64,000 bases of DNA from Prevotella sp. (GTDB taxonomy: Bacteria; Bacteroidota; Bacteroidia; Bacteroidales; Bacteroidaceae): positions 3,780 through 67,779 of the forward strand of contig JAFWQT010000102.1 in the NCBI GenBank assembly GCA_017508965.1, read 5' to 3'. Positions 27,405-37,355 of the stretch are shown piece by piece. Position numbers and translations under genes: made by a program. Below the pieces are notes generated by a model. That model did no database searches and was not told where the DNA came from. It worked only from the letters and a program-made list of their open reading frames with translations. Within the stretch, counting starts at the first letter, position 1. Each line of letters opens with the position of its first letter.

Positions 27405-30400
27405 TTAATTCTTCTTTACTTCTGACGGCAGAATGCCGAATTCCTTCTTGAACGTCTCGCGGAAATGGGCCATCTGGTTGAATCCCGTCATCATTGCCGC
27501 CTGCGACACGTTGTAGTCGCCACTTGCAATCAGCCGGTAGCAGTGGTGCAGGCGTCGCTTGCGGATATATTCCAGCGCGGTCATTCCCGTCAGTGCCTTC
27601 ACCTTTCGGTAGAAGGTGCTATGGCTCATGGCCATCTTGTCGGTGACGAAGGCCATGTCGATGTCTTCCTTCATGATGTTTTCCTCTATCAGACTGTTCA
27701 GCCGTTCGATGAACTCCTGGTCGAGTCGGCTCAGCCGCGGTTCATCGTCAGGCTTCTCGCTGGCAGGTGCAGCCTCGGTAATCGGTGCAGGACTCTTGGT
27801 CGATGCCGCTCTGAATGCAATGAGTTCGGCCAGCCGGCGACGGTTGGCGAGCAGGTTTTCGATGCGGCTTTGCAGCAGTCTGGCGCTGAAAGGCTTCGTC
27901 AGGTAAGAGTCGGCACCGCTGTCGTATCCCTCTTCCTTGTCCTCGACGGTGTCTTTTGCCGTGAGCAGGATGATGGGGATATGGCTTGTACGCATGTCTT
28001 CTTTCAGCCGTTTCGTCATCTCAATACCGTTCATCTTAGGCATCATGATGTCGCTCACGATGATGTCGGGAATCTGTTCAGAGGCCGTGTTCCATCCTTC
28101 CTGGCCGTCGGCCGACTGAACGATGCGATAGTCATCGCCCATGGAGTCGGCAATGTACTGGCGGATGTCGTCGTTATCCTCTACCACAAGCAGCAGCGGA
28201 CGCATGTCTTCGCCGGCAGTCTCTGTATTCTCGTTGTCGACGGTTTCTTCCACGTCTTCCTTATGTAGGGCGTTGGGGTAGGTGTTGTCCATCTCGATGG
28301 AGAACGTGAACCTGGCGCCTTCGTCCGGTTTGCTGTCAACGGTCAGCGTTCCTTCATGCAGTTCGGCCAGCGATTTGACGAGCGCCAGTCCGATGCCTGT
28401 GCCCGAGGCCTGATGCTTTCCCCTGCTCTGGTAGTATCGGTCGAAGATATGTACCTGGTCTTCTTTCGCGATACCGCAGCCTGTATCGTCTACCGAGATG
28501 CACAGCAGCATATTCCCTTCGGTATATACTTTGAGGTTAATCTCGCCCTCGCTGGTATATTTCACGGCATTTGACATCAGGTTGTTGATGATGGTGGTAA
28601 TCACCTCTGAGTCGAAATAAACGTCAGGGAGGTCGGGTCGTACATCGATGTTGATGGCAACATTAGGGTTGCGGTTCAGCTGCTTGAAGTAAAGTCCGAT
28701 TTCCTCGGCCAGTTTTCCGAGATTTCCCCGGGCCACGGTCAGACGACGGTTCTGGGTTTCCGTCTTGCGGAATTCCAGAATCTGGTTGATCAGGTCGCGC
28801 AGCCGGCCGGCACTCTTGTTGATAAGACTGATTTTCTTTTTGTAGAGTTCAGGCAATTGCTTGTCGTTTGTCAGGTCTTCCAGCGGTCCCAGTATCAGGG
28901 TGAGCGGCGTGCGCAGCTCGTGTGTCACGTTGGTGAAGAAGCGCAGTCGTTCCTCGTGCAGTTCCTGCTTTTGCTGGTTTTCGCGGCGTTCCAGTTCCAG
29001 CGAGTTCTCCAGCTTGAGCTTGTGCTTATAGTTATGCAGCAGATACCATACGAGGGCCGAGGCCAGCAGCGCATATACAAGCCATGCCCACCAGGTGCGC
29101 CAGAAGGGCGGCTTGATGGTGATTTCCAGCCGCGTTTCGCGTGCGTTTTCCCAATCCTGGCTTTTCAGTTTTCCGCGCAGGATGAAGGTGTAGTGACCGG
29201 GGCGCAATCCGCGGAACACCACATCGTAGTCGTTTCCCACGTCGTACCACTTGCTGTCCATGCCTTTCATCATGTACGAATACTCCACCTGTTCGGTCAG
29301 TGCATAGTTGCGCACGGTGAAGGTCAGTCGGAGCGTGTTCTGCCTGTAGGTGGTGGTCACCCGTCCCTTGTCGTCGGGTATCAGCAGCTGCCGCTCGGTG
29401 TTGCTGCCCACGGGGTTGTAGGCTTCGCAGGCAATAATCTGCACGGCGGCCATCTGCTGCTGGTTGTCCATCTGCATGGGATTGAAATAGCATACCCCCG
29501 AGGCAGAACCGAAGAAAAGGGTGTTGAGGGCGCCTGTGGCGGCCGCTCCCGGCGAGAAACTGTTCAGCTGCCACGGTCCCAGATGGTTATAGTTGTAGGT
29601 CTTCCCCGTGCTTTCCACATAGCACGAGATGCCCCTATAGGTACTCATCCATACGCGGCCGTCGCCGTCGAGCTGCAGGGCCAGCACATGTGGGTCGTCG
29701 AGTCCGCTCTCACGGCCGATGATGTGAATACCCGTCAGTTCAGTGGGATTGTCGATACACACCAGTCCGCCCTCGGTGGCCATCCACACACGGTGTTTGC
29801 TGTCGGTGACAGCCTGGTTGATTTTTCCCGAGAGCAGTCCGCTGCCTACCGTAGCGTGACGGAAGGTGTTCTTTGCCAGGTCGTAGCTGAAGACGCCGCC
29901 TCCCAGCGTGGTTATAATAAGGTGGCGACTGTCGGTCCTGATGAAACTGGTGGCAGGCATTCCTATCGCCTTGCTCATGGCCTCCTGTCTTTCCACCTTT
30001 CCCTCGCTATAGCGATAGATACCAAATTCGCCGCCAATCCACACACTGCCGTCAGCCTCTTCGGCAAAGGCATGCACATCCGACTCCTCCGGCTTGATAG
30101 GAATCGGCTCGAACCGTCCTGTTACCCGGTCGAAGCGCATCACGCCCTGGTCGTCTATACCTATCCATACATGGCCCGAATGGTCGGCCATCAGGCAGCG
30201 GGCAAACGAGAGTTCGCGCCGTGTCATGTTCCGCCACGACCAGCTTCCCGTCTGACTGGTTCCCTGCCAGAAAGCCAGTTCGGTTTCGCTGGCCGTCCAG
30301 AATCCTCCGTTGCCCGGAGCAATGGCTGTGACGGGGCGCGCATGCCGCTCTTCGTCGAGATAGTCCAGCAGCTTGAAGTTCGATTTCCATGTGCTGATGA

Positions 30401-31364
30401 AGTCAACACCCGTATTGTGGCAGCCCACCCAGATATTGCCGTACTCGTCTTGGACGATGCTGCGCGAGCTGACCGACGACAGTTTCACCTTGACATCCTG
30501 ATAATGCTGGTGGTCTTCTGGGTCAACCACACGAATGCCGCCCATGTCGGTGGCCACCCACAGGCGCCCGTCGTTCATCTGCAGTATGTCGTACACATTA
30601 TCATTATAGTCCTTGTCTTTTCTCGTCACCTTTTCGAAAGTTCCGTTCTTGGGATTGAAAAGAGCCAGTCCGTTTTCGGTTCCCACCCAAATGCGCTGCC
30701 TGTCGTCCTGGTAAATCTTTCGCACGTTGTTGCCTGGCAGACTGGTGTTGTCGCCGGGTGTGTGCTGGAAGTTCCTGACGGAACCGTTGTTCAGGTTGAC
30801 GATGCTCATTCCGTGATGACTGTGACCGAGATAGAGATGCCCGTGCCCGTCGTCCAATGCGCAGCGGTTTTGGTACATCTGCCTTGTCTTAAGACTGGTC
30901 AAAGCGAGTGTGCGGCAGTTCAGCCGTTGCACCTCTCCGTTGCCAAATACAAGCAATGCACCGTCGGCCGTCTCGGAGATGCCGACAATGGTCGACGGAA
31001 CCAATCCGTCCTTCTGACTCAGATTCTGTACTTTCCCGCTCGTCGGATTATAAATGCTCAGTCCAAGTCCGGCAGCGATTAATATTTGGCCCGTCGGTTT
31101 GTCGAAATAGAGCGCTGAAACTGCCAGTCCGTTGACTGCGTCGTTTGCGGTGAAGGCATTACATGTCTCTCCTGCTATCCTGCTCACTCCGGCCTCGGTT
31201 CCTGCCCACACGTATCCCTGTCCGTCGACAGCCAGGCAGAGGACGAAGTCGTTGGATAGGCCGTCGGCCGAACTGAAGCGTCGGCTGACGGTGTATTCCT
31301 GTGCAAAGGCAGATGCCAGGGAAATGACGACCGAAAAGAGATAAGCGATGAGTCTCCGATACAT
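27405..31364 (-). CDS. Hybrid two-component sensor/regulator (propeller, Y_Y_Y, HisKA, HATPase, REC, AraC)
   Basis: FFTNVTHELRTPLTLI, NLMSNAVKYT, GTGIGL and SDIMMP motifs, plus an AraC HTH. Confidence 0.97.
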   Translation of the reverse strand: MYRRLIAYLFSVVISLASAFAQEYTVSRRFSSADGLSNDFVLCLAVDGQGYVWAGTEAGVSRIAGETCNAFTANDAVNGLAVSALYFDKPTGQILIAAGLGLSIYNPTSGKVQNLSQKDGLVPSTIVGISETADGALLVFGNGEVQRLNCRTLALTSLKTRQMYQNRCALDDGHGHLYLGHSHHGMSIVNLNNGSVRNFQHTPGDNTSLPGNNVRKIYQDDRQRIWVGTENGLALFNPKNGTFEKVTRKDKDYNDNVYDILQMNDGRLWVATDMGGIRVVDPEDHQHYQDVKVKLSSVSSRSIVQDEYGNIWVGCHNTGVDFISTWKSNFKLLDYLDEERHARPVTAIAPGNGGFWTASETELAFWQGTSQTGSWSWRNMTRRELSFARCLMADHSGHVWIGIDDQGVMRFDRVTGRFEPIPIKPEESDVHAFAEEADGSVWIGGEFGIYRYSEGKVERQEAMSKAIGMPATSFIRTDSRHLIITTLGGGVFSYDLAKNTFRHATVGSGLLSGKINQAVTDSKHRVWMATEGGLVCIDNPTELTGIHIIGRESGLDDPHVLALQLDGDGRVWMSTYRGISCYVESTGKTYNYNHLGPWQLNSFSPGAAATGALNTLFFGSASGVCYFNPMQMDNQQQMAAVQIIACEAYNPVGSNTERQLLIPDDKGRVTTTYRQNTLRLTFTVRNYALTEQVEYSYMMKGMDSKWYDVGNDYDVVFRGLRPGHYTFILRGKLKSQDWENARETRLEITIKPPFWRTWWAWLVYALLASALVWYLLHNYKHKLKLENSLELERRENQQKQELHEERLRFFTNVTHELRTPLTLILGPLEDLTNDKQLPELYKKKISLINKSAGRLRDLINQILEFRKTETQNRRLTVARGNLGKLAEEIGLYFKQLNRNPNVAINIDVRPDLPDVYFDSEVITTIINNLMSNAVKYTSEGEINLKVYTEGNMLLCISVDDTGCGIAKEDQVHIFDRYYQSRGKHQASGTGIGLALVKSLAELHEGTLTVDSKPDEGARFTFSIEMDNTYPNALHKEDVEETVDNENTETAGEDMRPLLLVVEDNDDIRQYIADSMGDDYRIVQSADGQEGWNTASEQIPDIIVSDIMMPKMNGIEMTKRLKEDMRTSHIPIILLTAKDTVEDKEEGYDSGADSYLTKPFSARLLQSRIENLLANRRRLAELIAFRAASTKSPAPITEAAPASEKPDDEPRLSRLDQEFIERLNSLIEENIMKEDIDMAFVTDKMAMSHSTFYRKVKALTGMTALEYIRKRRLHHCYRLIASGDYNVSQAAMMTGFNQMAHFRETFKKEFGILPSEVKKN

Positions 31365-31442
31365 GGTTATAAAAAGTTTTCTTGCTGCAAATATAAATAA
31401 ATATATTAATGTGACAAGCGTTTTTCATCCGCTTTTCGGATT

Positions 31443-31631
31443 TTGACAGAAAACTGTATGCAGATAGACGAAATACCAAACAAAAACCCAGTTTTTGGCT
31501 GTTTTTATGGCAGTTGAAGGAAAACCGTACATTTTTCGGGATAATCGATACAGATTCTCGTCATGACAGATTTTTGTATGCTGTTTGACGAATTATTGTC
31601 CGTAAGGAATGAAAATTGCGCTATACCTTTG
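31443..31631 (+). promoter_or_regulatory. PUL promoter with two direct-repeat candidate HTCS sites
   Basis: tgacagaNNNNtgtatgcNgNtNgacgaa at ~31444 and ~31564 (120 bp apart). TACCTTTG -7 box at 31624-31631. Confidence 0.55.
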
Positions 31632-31806
31632 CACCCAAACAAACACTTTACCAATTATTATTTTGAATATTCTCTTTAAAGTTAGGTTATTGTTAGTTAT
31701 TATTTCCGGCAGGTATTTCGTTTTTTTGAGGTTAAAAAGATTATTCAGGGTTGCTAAGAGTAATAATACGTATAACTATAATATTCATTAATTAAATTTA
31801 AGTCAA

Positions 31807-34800
31807 ATGGAAAAACAAAGGAGAACTAACCTGAAAAGTTGCTGCAAGATGTGGCAGCGTTTTCTCTTCCTTGCCCTTCTGACGGTCTGCTCTACAGCAG
31901 CCATGGCGCAGGGAAAAGTATCGGGTAAGGTTGTTGACGCCACTGGCGAACCCGTCATTGGTGCCAGTGTGATTGTCAAGGGAACCAGCAATGGCACGGT
32001 GACCGATCTCGACGGAAGGTTCGAGATTCCCAGTGTGCCGGCGAGCGGCCGTCTGGAAGTCTCTTTCGTCGGTTTCAAGACACAGACTATTGATGTCGGT
32101 GGCAAGAACAATTTCAGTGTGACGCTGCAGGAAGACAACGCACTGCTCGACGAAGTGGTGGTGGTCGGCTACGGTGTGCAGCGCAAGAGCGACGTGACGG
32201 GTGCACTGACCCGCGTCAACGAGGAACAGCTCAACAATCGTCCGGTGTCGAATGCCATTGAGGCCCTTCAGGGTAAGGCTGCCGGTGTGGACATCACGAC
32301 GAGCGAGCGCCCCGGCACGCTGGGTTCTATCCGCATTCGTGGTAACCGCTCCATCAACGCCTCCAACGAACCGCTCTATGTGGTCGACGGAGTTCCCCTG
32401 AGTTCCGGCGGCATAGAGAGCCTGAACTCGCGCGACATCGAATCCATCGACATTCTGAAGGATGCCTCTTCGACTGCCATCTATGGTAGCCGGGGTGCCA
32501 ACGGCGTGGTGCTCATCACCACCAAGCGCGGTAAGGAGGGCAAACTTCAGCTGACCTACAACGGCTCAGTGACTTTCGAGAAGATTGTCGACAAGAGCCC
32601 TGCCTTCAGTGCCAGCGACTATATCACCTGGCGCCGCTGGGCCTACTACAACTCCAGCTCTGCCAATACTTCCTATCCGCGCGGCGACCAGCCCACGATG
32701 GAAAACGACAAGAAAATCTTCACGGGCGACGACGTGGCCTGGAAGAACATCGAGAAGGGATGGGCAAGCGGAACATGGGACCCCTCGCAGGTGACCGATA
32801 CCGACTGGACGGAACTGGTCACACAGACTGGTATCACTCACGAGCACACGCTGCGCGCCCAGGGCGGTACGAAAGACATGCAGGCCAGCTTCTCGTTTGG
32901 CTATCTGAACAACGAGGGCACACAGAAAGGTCAGGAGTATGAGCGCTACAATGCAGCCGTGACGGCCGATGTGCAGGCCACGAAGTGGTTCAAGATGGGC
33001 GGCTCTATCAACGCCTCGTGGAGCAAGCAGGACTACGGTTTCTCGCGCACGGGCCAGTCGTCGAGTTCCGGTCCTACCGATATTTATGGCGCCGCAAAGG
33101 CCATCCTTCGCTACACGCTCCCCTACGATGAGAACGGCCAGATCATCAACATGCCTGGTGGCTCTACAACCAACACTTATACCGTGATTGACGAATGGAC
33201 CAAGTCGAACGATAATCGCGAAGTGTTCCGCGCGCTGGGAAGCTTCTACGGTCAGATTGACTTTGGTAAGATTTTCGAACCCGTGCAGGGCTTGATGTAC
33301 AAGATGCAGTTCGGTCCCGACTTCCGCTACAGCCGTCAGGGTATCTTCCTCGATGCCACCTCGGCCACTCGTCTGGGCGGTAAGAACTACGTGCGCCGCG
33401 GCGACGACCGTCACTTTTCTTGGACGCTCGACAATATGCTGATGTATAACCGCACGTTTGGCGACCACGCCATCGGCCTCACGCTGCTCCACAGTGCTTC
33501 GAAATACAATGCCGAGAGCAGTAGCATCAACGAAGAAGGCAACCCGTTCCCCTCATTCCTGTGGAACAACATGGGCACGGGTATCGACATCACCGAGCCC
33601 AACTACAAGGTAGGCCTCGGCACAGGACTGACCGAGAACTCGCTGCAGTCGTGGATGGCCCGCGTGAACTACTCGTTCATGGACCGTTATCTGCTGACGG
33701 CCAGTGTGCGTCGCGACGGTTCTTCGGTGCTCTCCGAGGGTAACAAGTGGGACACCTTCCCCTCGCTGGCCCTGGGTTGGCGCATGGAACAGGAAAAGTG
33801 GCTGCGCGACGTGAAGTGGATTGATCAGCTGAAACTCCGCTTCGGTGTCGGTGTGACGGGTAACTCCTCTGTCGGCCCTTACGGCACGCTCGGCGTGATC
33901 AGCGGCTACTGGATGCCGTTCAGCACGGGCAACTCGTTTATCCTCGTGACCAACGAACCGTACTATTCTTCCGGTTCGAACAAGCTGCCCAACAAGAAAT
34001 TGGGCTGGGAGAAGACCACTCAGTATAACTTCGGCGTGGACTTCAGCTTCCTGCGCGGCCGCATCAACGGTGCCTTCGATATATACACATCGCGCACTAA
34101 GGACCTGCTGCTCGCCATGTCGCTGCCTTCGCTGACGGGTTATCCCTCGATGATGGACAACATCGGTGAGACCAAGAACAAAGGTTTCGACCTGACGCTG
34201 AATTTCATCCCCGTGCAGACCAACGGATTCGAGTGGATTTCAACGCTGAATACCGCCTGGCAGAAAGACGAGATCGTGGAATTGGCCAACGGCAAGCAGG
34301 ACGACATCAACAATGCCTGGTTCATCGGCGAGAGCATCTCCGTGTACTACGGCTTTGAGTCGGCTGGCCTGTGGCAGGAGGGCGATGCCTCCGAGATGGA
34401 GAAGTTCAATGCCAACGGTGCTAAGTTTACTCCTGGTAACGTTCGTCCTGTCGACCAGAACGGCGACTACAAGATTGATGCTGCCGACCGTGTGATCCTG
34501 GGCAACCGCAATCCTCGCTGGACGCTGGGATGGAGCAACACCTTCAGCTGGAAGGGACTCGAACTGAACATCGACCTCTTCGGCCGCTTCAAGTATAAGA
34601 TCAGCACTGGCGGCGAAGGCCAGCTCGGTATGTACCAGCAGCGCGAGATTGACTACTGGACACCCGACAACACTGGCGCCGAGTGGCAGAAGCCTATCTA
34701 CAACCAGTCGGGCGGCGACCCCTATTCCGGACTGCTCGGATTCAAGGATGCCTCGTTCATCAAGATTCGTAACCTCTCGCTGGGCTATCGCCTGGACAAG

Positions 34801-34956
34801 ACGCTGTGCGACAAGATTGGAATCCAGGGAGCCAAGGTCTACGTTCAGGGCAAGAACCTGGGCATGCTCTACTCTTCGGTGGATTTCATGGACCTCGACA
34901 CGGGAGCCACTTTCTTCAACCGCGGCTTCACCATCGGTCTGCAACTTGATTTCTAA
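31807..34956 (+). CDS. SusC/RagA TonB-dependent transporter
   Basis: GEPVIGASV, LDEVVVVGYG, KDASSTAIYGSRGANGVVLITTK and LGWEKT motifs. Confidence 0.97.
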   Translation: MEKQRRTNLKSCCKMWQRFLFLALLTVCSTAAMAQGKVSGKVVDATGEPVIGASVIVKGTSNGTVTDLDGRFEIPSVPASGRLEVSFVGFKTQTIDVGGKNNFSVTLQEDNALLDEVVVVGYGVQRKSDVTGALTRVNEEQLNNRPVSNAIEALQGKAAGVDITTSERPGTLGSIRIRGNRSINASNEPLYVVDGVPLSSGGIESLNSRDIESIDILKDASSTAIYGSRGANGVVLITTKRGKEGKLQLTYNGSVTFEKIVDKSPAFSASDYITWRRWAYYNSSSANTSYPRGDQPTMENDKKIFTGDDVAWKNIEKGWASGTWDPSQVTDTDWTELVTQTGITHEHTLRAQGGTKDMQASFSFGYLNNEGTQKGQEYERYNAAVTADVQATKWFKMGGSINASWSKQDYGFSRTGQSSSSGPTDIYGAAKAILRYTLPYDENGQIINMPGGSTTNTYTVIDEWTKSNDNREVFRALGSFYGQIDFGKIFEPVQGLMYKMQFGPDFRYSRQGIFLDATSATRLGGKNYVRRGDDRHFSWTLDNMLMYNRTFGDHAIGLTLLHSASKYNAESSSINEEGNPFPSFLWNNMGTGIDITEPNYKVGLGTGLTENSLQSWMARVNYSFMDRYLLTASVRRDGSSVLSEGNKWDTFPSLALGWRMEQEKWLRDVKWIDQLKLRFGVGVTGNSSVGPYGTLGVISGYWMPFSTGNSFILVTNEPYYSSGSNKLPNKKLGWEKTTQYNFGVDFSFLRGRINGAFDIYTSRTKDLLLAMSLPSLTGYPSMMDNIGETKNKGFDLTLNFIPVQTNGFEWISTLNTAWQKDEIVELANGKQDDINNAWFIGESISVYYGFESAGLWQEGDASEMEKFNANGAKFTPGNVRPVDQNGDYKIDAADRVILGNRNPRWTLGWSNTFSWKGLELNIDLFGRFKYKISTGGEGQLGMYQQREIDYWTPDNTGAEWQKPIYNQSGGDPYSGLLGFKDASFIKIRNLSLGYRLDKTLCDKIGIQGAKVYVQGKNLGMLYSSVDFMDLDTGATFFNRGFTIGLQLDF

Positions 34957-34996
34957 AAGATGATAATATATGTTGAACTACAGAAAGAATAAGACT

Positions 34997-37135
34997 ATGA
35001 AATATATCAGTAAAATCATGATAGTTGCCACGGCAGTAGTGGCACTGGGAGGAACCACCTCCTGTTCGGACAGCTTCCTGGAGGAAGATTCGGGACACAT
35101 GCTGACCGACGGACTGCTGGAGACGGGTGACGGCGCCCTCGCCATGGCTGCAGGTCTCTATGCCAATCTGCGCTGGCACTTCGGCTACGAGTGGGCCTAC
35201 GGCATCACACTCTACGGTACCGACGAGTTCACCAACGGTGCCGACCTGACATCTGAGTGCTGGAACACCTACGACAACCGTCTAAATCCGCTCGACCTTA
35301 CTCCGGCACTGGGTGCTGCCAACAAGAACTGTCCTGCCGTCTCGGCACTTTGGGACGAGATGTACTATGGCATCTCCACGGCCAACCTCGTGCTCTCGCG
35401 GGCTAATCTCGTCAGCGATGAGAGCAAACGCAACCAGGCCCTGGGCGAGGCTTACTTCCTGAGAGGCTACAACTACTACCGGCTGTTTGCCCAGTATGGT
35501 GCTGTCACCTTGCAGACCGAGCCTTCAAAGGCAGACTCTATCGTGAAGCACTACAAGCGTGCCACCGAGGAGGCCACGCTGGGACAGGTGATTTCTGATT
35601 TCGAAAATGCCTATAAACTGCTGCCCACGAAGAAGAACCGCGGCAACGGCACCTGGACCCGCTACACGGCTGCCCACTTCCTGGCCAAGGCACTGCTTTA
35701 TCGCCAGTCGGAGCGCTGTAAGTCATGGAACAGTGCCTATCCCGCTGCCACCGACCTGAACCGTGCCATCGAGCTATGCGACGAGGTGATCAAGGCCTGC
35801 CCGCTGGCCCCTGACTATCGTTCTCTCTATGCCGACTGGGAAGGCGTGGACTGCTCTAACGAAGGCCTGAGCGAAATCCTAATGGTTGCCGAGCACAACG
35901 ATGCCAGCTCTACGCAGGGACGTTTCGGCAACCGAACCTACAACTACTTCAATCCGCAGTTCTCCAACTTCTCTGGCGGCTGGACTCAGCGCGGACAGTA
36001 TATCGGTGGTATGGACTTCCAGCGCTGCCGTCCCACGGAGTATGCCTACGAGATTTTCGACAACGTGAACGACTCCCGTATGTGGAAGACCTTCAAGACA
36101 GTCTATGGTCTGAACAACATTCCTAAGGGAAAGACTCCGGCAGTGGTGGCCAAGGAGAATGGCATCCAGGAGAGCCAGGTGCCCACGCTCGGCGACAACG
36201 GCATTCTTTTTATCCTGAACAAGAAGGACGACCCCCGTTTCCAGGATGAGACCACCTATGGAACCTTCGGCCGTGGTGCCGTGGCCCACTCTTTCGTTCA
36301 TCCCGAGACCGGCAAGTGGGTGCCCAATGTGTTCCCCGTCTATCTGGGTGGAAAGTATGTGCTGAACACCTATGGTGTGAATGGCAACCCCTCGCAGTCG
36401 AACGTGTTCTGCGGAATCAATAAGACCGACGACGGCTCGCGCACTGCTGAGAAAGGCGATGCCCATCGTGACGTGATTATGGCCCGCACGGGCGAGACCT
36501 ATCTCATCAAGGCCGAGTGTCAGGTTCGTCTGGAAAAATACAACGATGCCATTGCCACTGTCAACCAGCTCCGAGCCCGTGCTCAGTGGAAACAGGGTGA
36601 GGACCGTGAATACTACTCGGATGGTTCGCAGGCATTCACCTCTAACTCGACGGGTGCCTCCGTACTGGGTAAATGCTATCCGAATGCCGACAACAAGAAG
36701 GAGGAGCGCCTGAACAACCTGCAGGCTTATCAGGCTTCCTATCTGACCAAGAGCACCTACTATCTCTCCACCGGCATTCAGCACACCACCGACGCTTCCA
36801 GCCTGCAGATTGCCAGCTACAACCAGCTGCCTGCCGAAGACGAGGCCATATTGAGCCTGCTGGGTGTCACCGATGTGAAGGACCGTATGATCAACTTCAT
36901 CTTCAACGAGCGCACACGTGAGTTGCTGGGCGAGTGGAACCGATGGGAGGAGCTGAGCCGCACCGACCTGCTGGTGAAGCGTGCCAAGGCTTTCAACCCC
37001 GAGGCAGCACCCAACGTTCAGGAGCGTCACAACTATCGTCCTATCCCGCAGAAGTTCATCGATACCCTGCAGAACGAGGACGGCACCAACCTGAGCGATG
37101 CCGACAAGAAGGCATGGCAGAACCCGGGCTATTAA
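34997..37135 (+). CDS. RagB/SusD lipoprotein
   Basis: Lipobox TTSC, GEAYFLRGYNY, ERTRELLGE and QNPGY motifs. Confidence 0.95.
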   Translation: MKYISKIMIVATAVVALGGTTSCSDSFLEEDSGHMLTDGLLETGDGALAMAAGLYANLRWHFGYEWAYGITLYGTDEFTNGADLTSECWNTYDNRLNPLDLTPALGAANKNCPAVSALWDEMYYGISTANLVLSRANLVSDESKRNQALGEAYFLRGYNYYRLFAQYGAVTLQTEPSKADSIVKHYKRATEEATLGQVISDFENAYKLLPTKKNRGNGTWTRYTAAHFLAKALLYRQSERCKSWNSAYPAATDLNRAIELCDEVIKACPLAPDYRSLYADWEGVDCSNEGLSEILMVAEHNDASSTQGRFGNRTYNYFNPQFSNFSGGWTQRGQYIGGMDFQRCRPTEYAYEIFDNVNDSRMWKTFKTVYGLNNIPKGKTPAVVAKENGIQESQVPTLGDNGILFILNKKDDPRFQDETTYGTFGRGAVAHSFVHPETGKWVPNVFPVYLGGKYVLNTYGVNGNPSQSNVFCGINKTDDGSRTAEKGDAHRDVIMARTGETYLIKAECQVRLEKYNDAIATVNQLRARAQWKQGEDREYYSDGSQAFTSNSTGASVLGKCYPNADNKKEERLNNLQAYQASYLTKSTYYLSTGIQHTTDASSLQIASYNQLPAEDEAILSLLGVTDVKDRMINFIFNERTRELLGEWNRWEELSRTDLLVKRAKAFNPEAAPNVQERHNYRPIPQKFIDTLQNEDGTNLSDADKKAWQNPGY

Positions 37136-37188
37136 AATGTAGAATTCTTAGTTTTAGTTATACATTGTTAGCTTGTTAGCATTTACTG

Positions 37189-37220
37189 GTAAAGGCTGCT
37201 CCGCGAGGTGCGGCCTTTAC
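37189..37220 (+). terminator. Hairpin after susD (terminator or stabiliser)
   Basis: gtaaaggctgc-tccgcgaggt-gcggcctttac with a cGCGAg tetraloop. Confidence 0.65.
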
Positions 37221-37230
37221 TTAAAAAAGA

Positions 37231-37353
37231 ACCCACCCCTGTCCCTCCCGAAGGGAGGGGGATAATAGAGGAAAGGTAAAATTGTGAAATTGTAAAATTG
37301 TGAAATTGTCAAATCGTGAAATTGTAAAATTGTGAAATTGTAAATTTGTGAAA
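37231..37353 (+). repeat. REP hairpin plus 8-mer tail composite repeat (copy 2)
   Basis: Same head as 21243, followed by about 10 aaattgtN units. Confidence 0.85.
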
Positions 37354-37355
37354 TA

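Noticed and set aside
28857-31082. Long antisense ORFs (741 aa here; also 37380-39107, 39959-41479, 17290-18489 and others)
   Set aside because: They are shadows of GC3-biased genes on the opposite strand, with no recognisable motifs.
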